DNA of 51,469 nt, the filler included, from Sphacelaria rigidula (taxonomy: Eukaryota): NCBI GenBank assembly GCA_964200075.2. It is 3 parts of 3 records of this genome, joined end to end, with 100 filler letters (N's around TTAATTAATTAA, not from the genome) between each part and the next. Parts side by side here need not be neighbours in the genome. Positions count along the whole stretch, not along the records: positions 17,195 to 34,282 come from CAXNAA020001172.1; 2 more parts are not named here. One strand, written 5' to 3'. Below the pieces are notes generated by a model, which ran no database searches, had not been told where the DNA came from, and was given only the letters and a program-made list of their open reading frames with translations. Numbering within the stretch: position 1 is the stretch's first letter; every line of letters starts with the position of its first letter. The position numbers were made by a program, and so were the translations under genes. Below are positions 23,208-34,282 of the stretch, in pieces.

Positions 23208-26200
23208 GTGAGCCAGCGGGCATTCAAGTGGGTGGTATCTATTGTAGGATTTTTGGCATTTTTTTTGCGGGGCATATCGAACCCTTGACATGATAGCAAC
23301 AGTAGATATTGCACGCATTCTGGTGTCCGTAACCCCTTTCCGTTCCAGTATTGCATTTGGCGTTACCTTCTGCGTTCTAACGACGCCATCCGTCGCCTGG
23401 CACGTGACTCACCATGACCCTCGCACGCATCGCCCCCTCTTTGCTCCAGGAGTGGGCGCATTCCAGCAACGGCGGGGGTCCACTGATGGAAGTTGATATC
23501 CGGCTGCGTACCAAAAACGCCACTTGTCTCATATTCCACCCCAACGCCAAGAAACTCACCAAAAAGCGACCGGGCAAGACAGCGACATGCAAGGAGAGCA
23601 CTATCCGCGGGTTCGGAGGAGGCGAAGACAGCAGCGGTAGCCGGACATCCGGTGCGCCTGGAAGCAGAGGCTTGGCGGGATCGGGCGCGTCGCAGGGTGA
23701 CTGGGATACGGACGTGGCCATCCAACAGCGGAACGAACAGGAACTCCCGGCCCTCGTTGCAGCGGCCACTGTTCAGGTGAGAGCTGGGGTCAAACGTTAT
23801 TTTCAACCATGCGCCGGCACTAGTTGGAGTTGCGATCGAAGCCTTTGTTGTTTCACAGTTGTGTGAGCGCGTTGTTCTGCGAGTGTCATGCTCTCGATTA
23901 GCGAGTATGGATTGAAAACTGCATGATCTGTTTCGATGCTCATGCTTTGAATGTGAGGGTCTGAACGAACAAAGATTGTATACTCGCACGTGATGTTGCC
24001 TCCCACACACCCTACCTACCCATGCACCATGTTTTTTCCTGCGGCAGGACTTCCGATTTGGGTTCAAACTATTGCTGGGCTCCACCAGAAAACCTGGTGA
24101 CAACGGTGACGAGGATGGCTACGATCAACCGGATGACAAAGCGGCCGTGGTGCTCCATACGTTCTCGGCGGCTCTGCTGCCCGACGCCCGACCCATCCAC
24201 CTCTACCAGCCATCGCGCCTGAGCCAGGGGGCCGACCTCCGAGTGGAGGAACTCGGCACACTGGCGGTTGGCGATGGCGTCCCTTTCATGTTCATCGAGT
24301 TGGACATGCATGGCCTACGCATTTCGGACTACGGCGGTCTCGAAGACGGAAGCGTTTTCCCAACGATTGTGGATGGCCCCGCGGCGGCGGCAGCGGCGAC
24401 GACGACGACGACGGCACCAGCAATAGCAACGCCTTGTGAAGGCGCTCGTAATGGCGACGTGGCCCCTAAAGGGCGAATGCGCGTGACTTTTGCGATGTAC
24501 AGCGGCGGCCGTCTTGAGATAGGCGGCGACTTCACGCGTATGAGCGTTGTCGCGCTACCGGATCGAATGTTGGCGATCGTGGATGTGGTTCTGGCTTGTT
24601 TCATGGGCCCGCCGGCGGCGCGCCAGCAGCAGGAGATGGATGCTCTTGAGGAAGAGGTGGCCATGGAGGAGGAGGAAGGGGCTATGGGTGGTAAAGTGGA
24701 TGGGGTTCTAGCGCCGAGTTCGCGTCAGGAAGCACTCAATGCCGTCCAGGGAGCCTACCTGTTCTTCGGGAGAATGGATGCGAGAATCACCGTGAGAGTG
24801 GAGGATTTCGCCCTCCTGCTGGTGCAGAATGCACAAGATTCTTGTACGAACGTCATCATGGCCCAGGTGAGGTCACAGGGGGTACGGCATTGTGATAAAA
24901 GTCTAGTGTGGCGACCAGCATTGGGGGTGGTCTAGGTGTCGTTGATAGAAGCAGGGAAGATGATCGTATGCTCGACCTGAAGGAAAGGTTTGGGAAGGAA
25001 ATGAAATGGACTGTGCTCTTCTCATTTGATGCTGTAAACGGGAAAGGCACACAGTTGACGATTGGTACGACCGCGCGATGCCCCTGTTGCTTAGATCTTG
25101 GTGTCTTGAGCTCCCTGTGTTCTGATGATTTGCAGGGAGGAGTCCGTTGTTGGCTAGAACGGTAAGATGTTTTCGTGGTCTTGGACATCGTGAAAGATCT
25201 CGGTGCCACGGGCGGGAGGTGTGACGATTTATAGGCAACCGATTGGACTACCGTACAGTCAGCGCTGACTGTACGGTAGTCTAATCGGTTGCCTGTAAAT
25301 CATCACAAAAGTCAGTCGCTGGTTCGATTCCCGTCGGACGCACTTTCTTCGAAGAAAAAGAGGAAAACCCTACCTCCGGTAAAAATAAAGAGGGTGATGG
25401 GAGAGAGTCCAATCCCCGGTTGCCGATAAGTCGTCACAGAGGGCAAGGAATTTGTCAAAACGTTTACGGACTTGTCCTCCACACTGCACATCTCCACGTA
25501 CGACTCTCGGGGCGGTTCTGATGATACCTTGAACGCGATGTGTTACCGTTCCTTGCACCGGTACTTTATCTCTGCCGCTCGAAACACCGTTTGCCTCACC
25601 AGGCCCCAACCTTTGTGGCCGACGTGCACAGCGGCAGCGCGTTTGAGGCCCTGTCTGTGGACGTGGGATCTTTCTCGGTGGCCCCTTGTGTTCAGAGGAA
25701 AAGTTTTTCGCAACTCACAATCGAGACTTCCCGCAAGCTACACGAGATGGCTCTAGCGATCGCCTTGCAAGGCCCTTCTCCTGAGCTCATGGACGTCATG
25801 AGGGCCGGTCTTCCCCTTCTGGTAGGTGGACACAAACACACACACGCGCGCTCGCGTACACAAGTAGTTATTTTGTTCGTCACACAAGACTTAAACTTGG
25901 ACCGAGAGTAGGCATATAAATGTAGGAGGAACGGATTCTCGCCACAAAATGACGGCGTGAGTTGGTTCTTGATTTGTTGTTCGTCCACAAGTTGGCTGCT
26001 GACGGCGAAACAGTGTGACCAAGAAGGATACAGTGGAGTTTCTACGTCAGCTCCCCCTGACGTTGATGAAAGTGTAACGTCGGGCGGGAGTATTCAGTAA
26101 CCATAACCTTGCTATGATGATGAACCTTCGTGACCGCTTCTCCAAGTAGACAACGCTGGCAGATATATCTTTCTTTTTTTATTCACTTGATTGTTTGAGG

Positions 26201-29200
26201 CTGTCGGCATCGGTGCATTTATACTGTTTACGTTTGGCTGAGCGCCGGCCGCACCCGCAAGCGCAAACATTTGTTCCTGTCGCCCCTGTTTCTCATCGCA
26301 ATTGCTTGTTTCCTGAGTATCTTGTGTCATACCGCCTTCTATGTTCCCCCCGCATCCACCGCCCACCGCCTCCCGCGTGTTCTCTTGAACGGGACAAACC
26401 GAACACGTGCAACCACACACGCTAGAGCTTGGACCTGTACCCCATCCCTGAGAGACGCATCATCTTACCTGTGGACATGGTTCTGAGGTACAGCACGACT
26501 GTGTCCTTCCGAGCGGGCGAAGCCCCCGAGGCTGCAACTAGTGGTCTGGTCAGCGGGGTGATTGCAACGGAGCACAAGAGCCCTGGAGATGCTGGTACTG
26601 CTGCTGCTGCTGCTGCTGCTGCGGCGGCGGCGGCGGCGGCGACAATGGTTGCCACCTTCGATGGCAAGGAGAAGCAGACTGGTGATGCTGATGTGGGCGT
26701 TGGCGAGGAGATGGAGATGGAGATTGGACAGGTATAAATGTCGTCGGCAGATGAGTGTCTCGAGTTTGTTTCGTTCTTCTTCGTATGTATGTGGGTTCTT
26801 GTCATTAGGTCACCGGATGTCTATCTCTCTCTTGGTCTGTCTGTCTCTTCGTTGAAAAGGTATTATTAAAAAGAGTGAGGAATTGCTCTGAATAATAATA
26901 TAGTTGTTTTGTGTGTGCTGTGTTGCATCAGAACTTTTCCTCCAGGCTAAATTGTTCCCCCTCTGGGAGGCGTGAAATCTAATGGGTGAGAAGGGACGCG
27001 ACCACGATATCGAGCACGAAATATGGTTCGGTTGTTGAGATGACAAGTGAGGAGACCGATGTCATCGATACCCGCAGTAGGTTAACAGTGGCCATACGTG
27101 GTTGACCCCGATTTAGCGCGAGACAGGTGTTCGGGGGCTGCATGTGACACCGTTCAAAGCACCCGCCGCCACCGGGTAGTTTTATGTAGGTGGTGTTATG
27201 TAACGTACCCCGATAGAGGGGATAATATCCAGCGTACGAGTGTCAAAACTCTGTCACACGCGGTACTGCACGTGAGTTTGGCAGCTGCTTCGGGAGACTG
27301 ATCGGTGACTGATGACAACGGACCATACGAGCGCGCAGCTTCTGACGCCAGGGACTGGCTGAGATTCTGTGATGGACTGTATCAACCCTCGCCGTGAATT
27401 TTCGTGCGGTTGTCCAACTTTCACCTGCAGGCATGTAGGCATCGCCTTCTTCGCCCGAATGGCGAGTGATTTCAAGTACCTGTGCAACATGTTTTTATCT
27501 GTTCCCCCATTGTTTACGCATGATACCTCGGCGTTTTGCCTTGTGTGCAGCCGGAGACAGGCAGCAGCGAGCGGACAAGTCTGGTAGCAACGCCCTCTGC
27601 AAGAGACGCGACTGGAGAACAAAAGCCGGGAGCGATGTCGGTTGGACTTCATGTCGAGACCGAGATCAAACTGCACGTCCCCTCTGGTTTTAGGGTGAAG
27701 GTGAAAACAAATGCTCTACATACACAACGCGGCCGCGCTCCGGCGGGCTGACTGGCAGGGGGTCGAGGGTTCGAATTCCTGTAAGATGCGGTTTTTTACT
27801 GAGAAGTAGTGTCCCATTTCTGTGGTGTACAACGAAACATGGTATGGGGGGCCTCCGCGGTCAAAAGTTACTTCGGAGAAACGCATTGAAATCGTTCCGA
27901 AATAAGCATCACATACTACAGTCGTAGAGGGCAATATATTATTTATTTAATTTGGGAAACCTATTTATTAATAGTGTAAATGTCGCTCCGCGCCATATAT
28001 CAATCAGTACAACGTTGTCCTCCAAATCCATACTCAATCCAAGTAGAAAATGATTCTTATCGGCATGAGTATCACTGTTTTCGATCACCTCGCACAAGCA
28101 AGGCAAAACAACCCGTCGCCAAAACGGCCAAGTTATACGTATTCCAAACGATGCTTGAAATCTCCCCACTCCAGAGTCCACCAGTACCACTTTTCGATCC
28201 ACCCTCTCTTTTTCCATGTTTCTTCCCTTTGAGGCCCCAACACAGTTGTACGTGTGAGGATGCACTTGCGAGTGATGCCTTGATAGCGCTCTCCCAGAAA
28301 TTTGGCTGGTTTGAAGAGTCAAAATCGACATGCAATCCAAATTACGAAAGGCGCGCACACCGAGCACGCGGAAACTCCCACGCTCCGGATCATACTCGCC
28401 AATGTCGCCCGTATGAGGTGGTTCATGCAGTCTGAAAACAGTCATCATGCACTGTATGGCCGTTAATTTCGTGACAGTTCCGGGGGTGGTATGGTGGGGG
28501 CTATCGCGGCACCACTCTCGCGTGATTGGCGAAAACACAACGGCGCGGGGAGATAGCAGTCTTGCATACCCGATCGATGGGTTCAGCGGCGGTGTCCGTG
28601 CTACATTACTGCTGCCGCTTTTGCCGCTGGCTCGTGATGACCCGCCTGTGTGCATGTGTATGAGCTATGCTGCTGCTGCTGTGTGTGTACCGTACACCCC
28701 CATCACGGGCAAAACGCAGCGGACAGGCAACGGCAGTGTCACATGTATATATACTTTTGAACACTCTGAAATCAAGACGGCTGCGGACAAACATACCTGA
28801 ATTGGTAACATGCATATATACTTTTGAACAGTCTAAAATCAAGACGACCGTGAACGAACTTCTCTGTATTGGGAACAATGGTGTGCGGTATTGTTGGCAG
28901 CCCACAAGCGTCTGCAATAGGTTCAGTGGCGGTCTTCGCGGTACACTGCCGCTGATGACTTCGCCGCCAGCTCGTGGTGATCCGTCTCTTCATCTGTGTA
29001 AGCTGCTCTGCGTGTGCGTTCCTTGCACCCCCATCCTGCTGCACTGGTGTGTTCGTCTCCGTGCGACATAAATTTGGTCTGCATGCAGTGCTGCGTCTAC
29101 AAACTGACTGTTGAAAATGCCATGGTGTGTTGGCTGTTCAGTTGGAATCAGAGCAACTTTTGTGCGTGTCTTGATGTATATACATGATGCACTCTGGCAA

Positions 29201-32047
29201 ATTATAGAGAGAAAATGCTGGCGCTTGTATACCCAGCCACACAGTGACGCAAAGGTATTGGGCGTGGCGTGTACTAGAGCAGACTCACGATGATTGTATT
29301 ATCCGGTTCTGTTTGTTGCACTTGTGCTGTGCCTGGCTCTGCATGTTGGCTCCGGTAAGTTTGTGGAGGTATAACGTCGTTCAAGTGATGTGATTCAGTC
29401 ACGCCCGCTGACATTTCTAGACCTGTCTCCGACTGCGGAACAATCACCGGTCTTCCCAGAAAGTTTGTTTTGTGCTTCTTCTGCGTTGGATCGGCATGAC
29501 TGATGTGCAGCGTGCAAGACCAGTTCTCAATTATGCGAGCCGTCAATGTTTTTTCAACGCTTACGGAGAAATCTCCGGCGAGTGGGCTGCAGAGTGTTCC
29601 CTAGGCAAAGTGTGGCGTTGGTAAACCTCAAATCGGCGCTCATGTTGAAAAAGAGTTCTGCGTAAGCTAGGAGCACTCGGGACTGTAAGCCGCGCTAGAG
29701 GTGCGAACCCCATTGTTTAGACGTGACTCAGGTAAAATTATTCTGCCAAGTGGTCATATCTACTGCATGTTTTGCTTCACTACAACTGATATTTTGTCAC
29801 TACACATATATGCGAATGGTTTTCATGGGAAGACAACAGCAACAAAATATGGTGTTCGGTTCCTTTCCCCCCCTTCGATCGTTTTGTGCACCCACGACAT
29901 AGTCGCTCTCCACTGTTGAGCATGGTGTGAAAAAAAGTCCCAGATCGTGTGACTCCACCGAGATTCGAACCCACAACCTCACTGTCAGAAGCTGTCGAGG
30001 ACCGTCGCACATAGAATAAACTGTCACTTTACTTGAAAGCTGTTGAAGCATTCGATATTGAGTTTTCAGCCACATGACAGCGGATTCCTGGAAAATGGGG
30101 TCGATCTCAAAAATGAGGTTCAAGTGGCATATCTTTTTTGCAGGGATAACGCGAAACAGTTACACAGAGCGAAACCATCTTTCCGCCCAAAACTCTGCAA
30201 CTGTGAATCATCAGTTGTGGCTAAATGCGCCCAATGACTGCGGTGTACACGCGTGTCGATGACGACATCATCAGAGAGAGAAGCAACGACAGAGAGGAAG
30301 CTCCTCGCCCGTGCCCTTTGTGTGCCCTCGCTGGGCGATTACCAACCGCCCGAGAGACTGGCATCATGCATGTTGCCAGCACGTACGGAATTTCTCACGT
30401 GCCGATAGGGATCTCAAAGAACATCGAGCTGCAGAGAGATTTCGTCTCTTCTTGTCTCTGGAGGTCACCAATGCGAAGATCGATTTCTCTCTGCCTCTCT
30501 TTTTGGACAGGGCGCGCCTCTGTGCGTTGAAAAACAGGGCAATGTTCTCGTCACCGCTACTACTGTTCTCTGTCACACACATGCCGGCAAGGATGGTGCG
30601 CTGCGGCAAAAATAACATATGATCCAATTTGAACTTGCGGGGTGTTATTCATCGTTGATTTTACCCTGATATATCTGACCATCATGGCCCCCGACCACAA
30701 GAGCCTGCCACAGGCCAGTTGGGGTGTGTGTGTTTCAGATATCAAACACTTGTGGAGACCTTCTTGACATGCGGAGTGAAAAAATATAACTACGGTGGTG
30801 ACCTAACTGTTGCTAGTGTGGTGCACAGGGGTACGTCAGGTGCAATATGGAGCTTTCGTTGCTCTACTTTACTGACTCCCATCTGCAGAGCGTCTGCCGA
30901 GAGCGGTTTACACACGGTAACAACATGTTGTTATGTACCCAAATTCGGAACAGCTATGGAAACCAAACAGTGCGGTTTTTCAAAGCACGTCCACATGATT
31001 GAAATGACTCTTGTTACCTGAGGAACTGCGGCTTCGCCGTCCCCCCGCCAGGTATGTAGGAAGGACGTCAGAGTTTTTGGGAGTTCATGTAACCGCCACG
31101 GGGGAACAGATTTTCTTGGGTACGAAAATCCCCGTTTTCCTACCTGCAAAAAGTTTTATGCTCGTTGCTTTATAATAAGAACGTTAACCTGTCGATTTGT
31201 GTTCCGTACTGTACTGATACGCGGATGCCAATGCCAGCAAAGTTTGATGGTGCTGTTGAACAGTATCTTCGAACGTTTGAACGGACCCAAAGCGGACACT
31301 TTCCCTCGGGTAACAAGAGTCATTTCAATCATGTGGACGTACTGAGTAAGCACTATTAGTAATACTTGGATATAGAGTAGCACTTGGGTATGATCGTAAC
31401 CGTGATCGTCGGCGACGTCGTGACGTCACTTCACAGACTATGTTGAATACATGGGCGAACGACGGCCATCAATTTTGATGAATGGCGGTACGGCACGGGC
31501 CACAATGAGTATGAGTGAACAGCGGCCATCAAAAAACAAAAAAAACGTGCAGGTGAATGAACCTACCTGCCCCAGCTCACCTGCCCCCGCCCATGGCAGT
31601 ACATACTTGATACCTCTCAACCCCTTCGATATCACTTTCAGTACAGAGCGCTACCCATCAACATCGAGTAATCGTGTAAACGGGTGGTCGGGTAGGTACT
31701 TTCAAAATCAGCGACTCTACTGGCCACACATGTGACTTCCTCCATGGAAGAGTCAGCGGTTGTACATCGGGTCCGGCGCTACTCTACCCAACTTTCGGCT
31801 ATATTGGGTATGACCTCAAATACTCTACTCAATTTTTGGGTGGATTGAACGCGGCCTCAAAGACTCCACTCAATTTTGAGTACTTGAAGTATGACTCTTC
31901 GAAAACACTGAGTACTGAGTATACTCTACACTACCTGCCCTCGGAAATTTGAAAACTTCTGTGTTGACCTCCCTCCTGTGTGACCCCTGTTGGTGCGCCC
32001 ACGCATACCGAAGTGTGTAAAATGGCTTCCAGAATAGATGAGATGAC

Positions 32048-32103
<56 letters not shown>

Positions 32104-32295
32104 GGAAGAGGTCGTCGCCGGGTGTGTACACGTATGATAGGTTCAGACAGGATAATCATGCAATCGAGTACTGAACGGATAAGGTGGAAAAAGTGGTAGC
32201 AACTAACGAATCTCCGACCGTAGCAGCATTGGAAGTAAATTTATCCCATTAGACCAACTCAGCACTAGCAGTAAAAGCGGCGGCGGTAGCGGCAG

Positions 32296-32327
<32 letters not shown>

Positions 32328-33763
32328 GTGTTGCGAATGACCGAAATTAAATTCCACCGCGGGTCCCACGAAACACAAACCTATCTTTTTCCCATTTTTT
32401 TCAAGGACCAGACAAAGTAATGATTCGTCTGGAAATTACTTGATTCTAGTGTGACTGATTCATCCCGTACGAATCAATCCTTAGGCTTTGTTTTCAGCGT
32501 TGTAACCCAGGTACGCTCAGCCCACGCACGTGGAATGGCACAAAAAATGCGTGGAGACCTTTCTGACCAGCGGTCAACTCTTTTCTCTTTCTTGAGCAGT
32601 TGGGCCTGAAAATTTGTGAATTTGGTGATTCGAACCGGCGATGATTCGTCCCAACCGTGACTTTTTTCCTTGTGTACGTTTTTGAAAAAAAACGCTCGCT
32701 CCTCCTCTTGCTCAACAAAACAAAAAACAGGTGACCGATCTCGACCTGTCGGTGATGAGGGCAATCGTGACATCTATTATTTCGTCGATGAGCGCCGCTC
32801 CAACCCCCGCCGCCACCGCTCCCGTCGGCGTCGGTGGTGCTGGCGGCGACGCCGGAGCCCCGCCCCCCATCTCCCCGTTGTCCGACGCCGCTGCCGTGGG
32901 CGGTGCCGCGGGCGGTTCGATCACATTTGCGCTCGACAAGACGCAGCGGCGGATGGTTGCTGGGCTTCGGCAGGCCTTCCGCCGCGCCGATGCGAACGGA
33001 GACGGCGAGCTTGACCGCCAGGAAGTGGAAGATTTGCTGAGGAACCACTTGGAAGGGCAGCACCTTGATGCAACGGAGAAGGAGGCCGAGATTGCGCAGT
33101 TTATCGGGTGAGAGCAATGCGGGTGTATTTCGTGTTCCTGCTCGCGTATTTGGCCAGTTGCGTATCTCTGGACACATGGATACCCGCGCGTACACATACA
33201 TTGTACATGAAACGGGAGCATGTGAAGCCGCAAGAATCTGTAGCGTGCAACCATTTTTTCGCGAACGCATCACGGGGATTCATTCCACGTGCTCTCGACA
33301 ATCACCCCCGCACGATGCGAGTAGAATTTCGGTACGCCGCCACTCTTTGCTGGCGTGTACTTTTCATCCCCCCTCCCCCCCTCCCCTGCCGACCTTCAAA
33401 ATACATTCGTTGTTGTCAAGTCGTCTGAAGTCACCTAGGACTCGAAATACTGGTCTTTCTCTACGCATGCCGCAATGATATCTGTCCCCCGACCCTCTCT
33501 CTCCGTCTTCCGTATACACCAAAAGGATACTGGATGAAAACGGTACGGATACGCTGAACATACAAGAGTTTACCAACACAATGCTGAAGCTCATGATCGA
33601 CGGGCCGGATGAGGCCACGCTCGAGCGCGGCCGCAGGCAAGCTGTCACAAAAGCGTTCAGGGAGACCGACACGGATGGATCCGGCCAGCTGTCCCGGGAT
33701 GAGATAATGGAGATGCTCCGAAAACTGGACGCTCATCACACTCATTCGGAGCTTGAGGCTGGG
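21231..33763 (+). CDS. VPS13/Chorein-N-like bridge lipid-transfer protein with N-terminal hydrophobic anchor and EF-hands; 3'-partial model join(21231..23207, 23450..23776, 24048..24866, 25603..25821, 26426..26731, 27551..27700, 32731..33107, 33526..33763), 1471 aa
   Basis: All seven introns are GT-AG and phase-consistent (six phase 0, one phase 2). The N-terminal pattern LYPVEVAEVRI / KLIVRAKNVRIVL / LSRLIDAFINGLDVDVEGFHISW / MGLMMKRFSL / IHVDVFDAYLD parallels Chorein_N (LPVxVxxGxIG, PVxVxIEDV, KLVTKIxDNLQVxIxNIHIRYED, GITL, LxxLxVYWD). Three EF-hand loops follow. No stop codon before the assembly gap. Confidence 0.75.
23450..23776 (+). CDS. VPS13-like coding exon 2
   Basis: ctctttgctccAG|GAG TGG ... 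GTT CAG|GTGAGA; 109 codons; phase 0/0. Confidence 0.85.
24048..24866 (+). CDS. VPS13-like coding exon 3
   Basis: ttttttcctgcggcAG|GAC TTC ... GCC CAG|GTGAGG; 273 codons with amphipathic beta-strand pattern (RMRVTFAMY, LEIGGDFTRMSVV, MDARITVRVEDFALLLVQ). Confidence 0.88.
25220..25307. repeat. Near-perfect 88-nt palindrome (hairpin) in VPS13-like intron 3
   Basis: 44-bp arms centred on AGCGCT (25261-25266) with 3 substitutions; two of these would be G:U pairs in the plus-strand RNA. Confidence 0.95.
25264..25343 (+). mobile_element. tRNA-like (possibly Gly-derived) SINE head overlapping the right arm of the palindrome
   Basis: GTAGTCTAATCGGTT (D-arm/A-box-like) and GGTTCGATTCCCGTCGGACGCA (T-arm and acceptor-like 3' end); the anticodon arm is not intact. 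Confidence 0.45.
25603..25821 (+). CDS. VPS13-like coding exon 4
   Basis: ttgcctcaccAG|GCC CCA ... CTT CTG|GTAGGT; 73 codons; phase 0/0. Confidence 0.85.
26426..26731 (+). CDS. VPS13-like coding exon 5 (contains a poly-Ala tract)
   Basis: cacgctAG|AGC TTG GAC ... GGA CAG|GTATAA; 102 codons. Confidence 0.82.
27551..27700 (+). CDS. VPS13-like coding exon 6
   Basis: ttgtgtgcAG|CCG GAG ... GTG AAG|GTGAAA; 50 codons ending EIKLHVPSGFRVK, which joins VTDLDLSVMRAIV. Confidence 0.78.
27940..29750 (-). pseudogene. Decayed coding relic, probably a transposon fragment, inside the 5-kb intron
   Basis: Fragmented frames with stops and frameshifts; internal duplications (28579-28705 vs 28919-29035; 28738-28781 vs 28806-28850); Zn-finger-like LEY..GLFCLAC..KNHFLLG across two frames. 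Boundaries are approximate. Confidence 0.4.
29862..30003 (-). mobile_element. tRNA-derived SINE copy (same family as 10310-10470)
   Basis: Reverse complement reads GTGGGTTCGAATCTCGG..CGATCTGGGACTTTTTTTCACACCATG..AGTGGAGAGCGACTATGTCGTGGGTGCAC, matching the copy at 10357-10435. Confidence 0.7.
30987..31340. mobile_element. MITE with 37-bp TIRs (about 354 bp)
   Basis: ACGTCCACATGATTGAAATGACTCTTGTTACC(T/C)GAGG occurs at both ends in inverted orientation with 1 mismatch; the interior is non-coding. Confidence 0.8.
31952..32100 (+). repeat. (CA)n-tailed dispersed repeat, copy 2, ending in a long (CA)n tract
   Basis: Homologous to 10541-10645 and followed by a perfect (CA)n run of about 50 nt. Confidence 0.85.
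32731..33107 (+). CDS. VPS13-like coding exon 7 with EF-hand 1
   Basis: aaaaacAG|GTG ACC ... ATC GG|GTGAGA (phase 2); canonical loop DANGDGELDRQE at 32989-33024. Confidence 0.9.
33526..33763 (+). CDS. VPS13-like coding exon 8 with EF-hands 2 and 3
   Basis: caccaaaAG|G ATA CTG (phase 2 matches exon 7); loops DENGTDTLNIQE (33533-33568) and DTDGSGQLSRDE (33668-33703); donor GGG|GTATGT. Confidence 0.9.
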
Positions 33764-34282
33764 GTATGTAGGAAAGCACAAGAGGGCGATGAGGGTTTCG
33801 AACTGTGATGTCAAGCCTGGTTCGTTTCACTACTTGAGTATCTCCCCCCCCTCCCCTCATCTCATTTTGGGGGTTTGAATGCCAATCGAATCGTTGTCTT
33901 GCACCAGCTGGAACATTTGGAGCCAGAGCCTAATGTGCTTTCCCCGCATGCGTGTACTGTATTACAGCAATAGTTGCACCCCAACACAACAGTCCTAGGA
34001 ATTATAAACAGGATCGTTTTGTATCGCGTGAGTAGAGTGAGGGGGATTTGCTGATAGTTACACGAGTAGCCAAATCCTGACATCTGTGTTGCTGCTCGAC
34101 ACAAACTCTATTATGGCAAAATAGTGACGAGGGGAGGGGGGGCGAGGGGGCGCACGGTGAGTATGGCAATAATGATCGTATGTGTAAGTAATCACGAGTG
34201 ATGAAGTCGATTTAACAGCCGATTTTCGAAAATGGGGTTAAAAAAAAGTGAGGTTCAACTCAAAAGCCGTGCTTTCCCTGAC

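Noticed and set aside
25136-25161. 26-nt micro-exon candidate (tgcAG|GGAGGA..GAACG|GTAAGA) in VPS13-like intron 3
   Set aside because: The splice signals look good, but inclusion shifts exon 4 into a frame that stops at 25756. Exon 3 joins exon 4 in phase without it. It could only be a poison exon, and there is no evidence for that.
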